A DNA stretch of 64,000 bases, taken from contig JANPLN010000018.1 in assembly GCA_031426555.1 (NCBI GenBank), forward strand, positions 256 to 64,255. Reading direction: 5' to 3'. A program made the translations under genes and the position numbers. The notes under the pieces are model-generated. The model was not told where the DNA came from, did no database searches, and was given only the letters and a program-made list of their open reading frames with translations. Positions 63,161-64,000 of this stretch are shown piece after piece (position 1 is the stretch's first letter; each line of letters starts with the position of its first letter). Source of the DNA: Bdellovibrionales bacterium (lineage in GTDB: Bacteria; Bdellovibrionota; Bdellovibrionia; Bdellovibrionales; JAGQZY01).

Positions 63161-64000
63161 TTAACTTGATTTTTTAACGAACGGATTGTTTGAAGGAACG
63201 CCAGGCGACATACCCGGTATTCCTGCGACGTTGCTGGATTTGGCGGGGGCCGCCGGGGCAGGCGTATTACCGGTGGCCGCGTTGACGGCACCCGAAATAC
63301 TTTTGCCCATCAAAGCCTTTCCGTTTTCTACGGAAATGGACCCCTCTTGCATCAGTCGAGTTAAACAATCATCCAGCGTTTGCATGCCGTCGTTTTTAGA
63401 AATCTGCATCGTGGATTTGATTTGAAAAATCTTGTTCTCGCGAATGAGATTCCCGATGGCGACGTTGTTGATCATAATTTCGTGGGCAGCCACGCGGCCC
63501 TTGCCGTTGGCCTTTGGCAGCAGAACTTGTGCTATAACAGCCTTTAAACTTTCAGAAAGCATGGAGCGCACTTGCGGTTGCTCATCCTGCGGAAAACTAT
63601 CGATGATACGATCGATGGTTTTTGGGGCGCTCATGGTATGAAGGGTGCCAAAAACTAAGTGACCCGTTTCGGCGGCTTTCAATGCAAGACCAATGGTTTC
63701 AGGATCGCGCAATTCACCCACCAAGATCACATCGGGATCTTCGCGAAGCGCCGCTCGTAAAGCATCGGCGAAGGATTTTGTATTCACATGCACTTCGCGT
63801 TGGTTGATCAAGGCCATTTTATTTGGATGCACGAATTCGATGGGATCTTCGAGCGTAAGGATATGTAATTTTTGTTTTTCGTTGAGCTCGTTAATGAGAG
63901 CGGCGAGAGTTGTTGATTTACCAGAGCCCGTGGGACCTGTTACCAAAATCAAGCCTTGGCTGGCCTGAATAACGTCCGTCATAATTTTGGGTAAATTTAA
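63161..64000 (-). CDS. pilT: Type IV pilus retraction ATPase (5' part outside the window)
   Basis: GPTGSGKST, EDPIE, LREDPD, GTLHT, AIGNLIRE; the frame stays open to the window edge. Confidence 0.92.
   Translation of the reverse strand, partial: LNLPKIMTDVIQASQGLILVTGPTGSGKSTTLAALINELNEKQKLHILTLEDPIEFVHPNKMALINQREVHVNTKSFADALRAALREDPDVILVGELRDPETIGLALKAAETGHLVFGTLHTMSAPKTIDRIIDSFPQDEQPQVRSMLSESLKAVIAQVLLPKANGKGRVAAHEIMINNVAIGNLIRENKIFQIKSTMQISKNDGMQTLDDCLTRLMQEGSISVENGKALMGKSISGAVNAATGNTPAPAAPAKSSNVAGIPGMSPGVPSNNPFVKKSS

Overview
The window is the replication-origin region of a bacterium most consistent with Bdellovibrionota (a Bdellovibrio-like lineage). This is inferred from gene order (rsmG-mnmG-mnmE-jag-yidC-yidD-rnpA-rpmH | dnaA-oriC-dnaN-recF-gyrB-gyrA-TPR-atpZ/I/B/E, then rpsF-DUF2232-rplI, dnaB, fis, ftsK, dapF/A/B, pccBA, asnS, deo genes, pilT) and from the secreted S8/S9 proteases; no database search was run. 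Most genes are housekeeping. Less ordinary observations: (i) a Y1/HUH (RAYT/IS200-like) protein that seems to have lost its catalytic Tyr, has a clamp-motif-like N-terminus and its own probably leaderless promoter; (ii) two identical 21-bp palindromes 20 kb apart; (iii) two perfect parS sites framing a lipoprotein gene, with about 247 bp of apparently foreign Bacteroidota-like coding DNA ending at the first parS (probable chimera); (iv) a sigma28-type promoter on a pseudo-receiver protein and several other probable leaderless starts; (v) a probable ATT start codon; (vi) an S6:S18-like leader on an rpsF operon lacking rpsR; (vii) a structured asnS leader with GUU in a loop; (viii) an S8 protease with FIGGDAGGG repeats; (ix) a UvrA with a strongly shortened insertion domain. 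I saw no tRNA, rRNA, CRISPR array or prophage.
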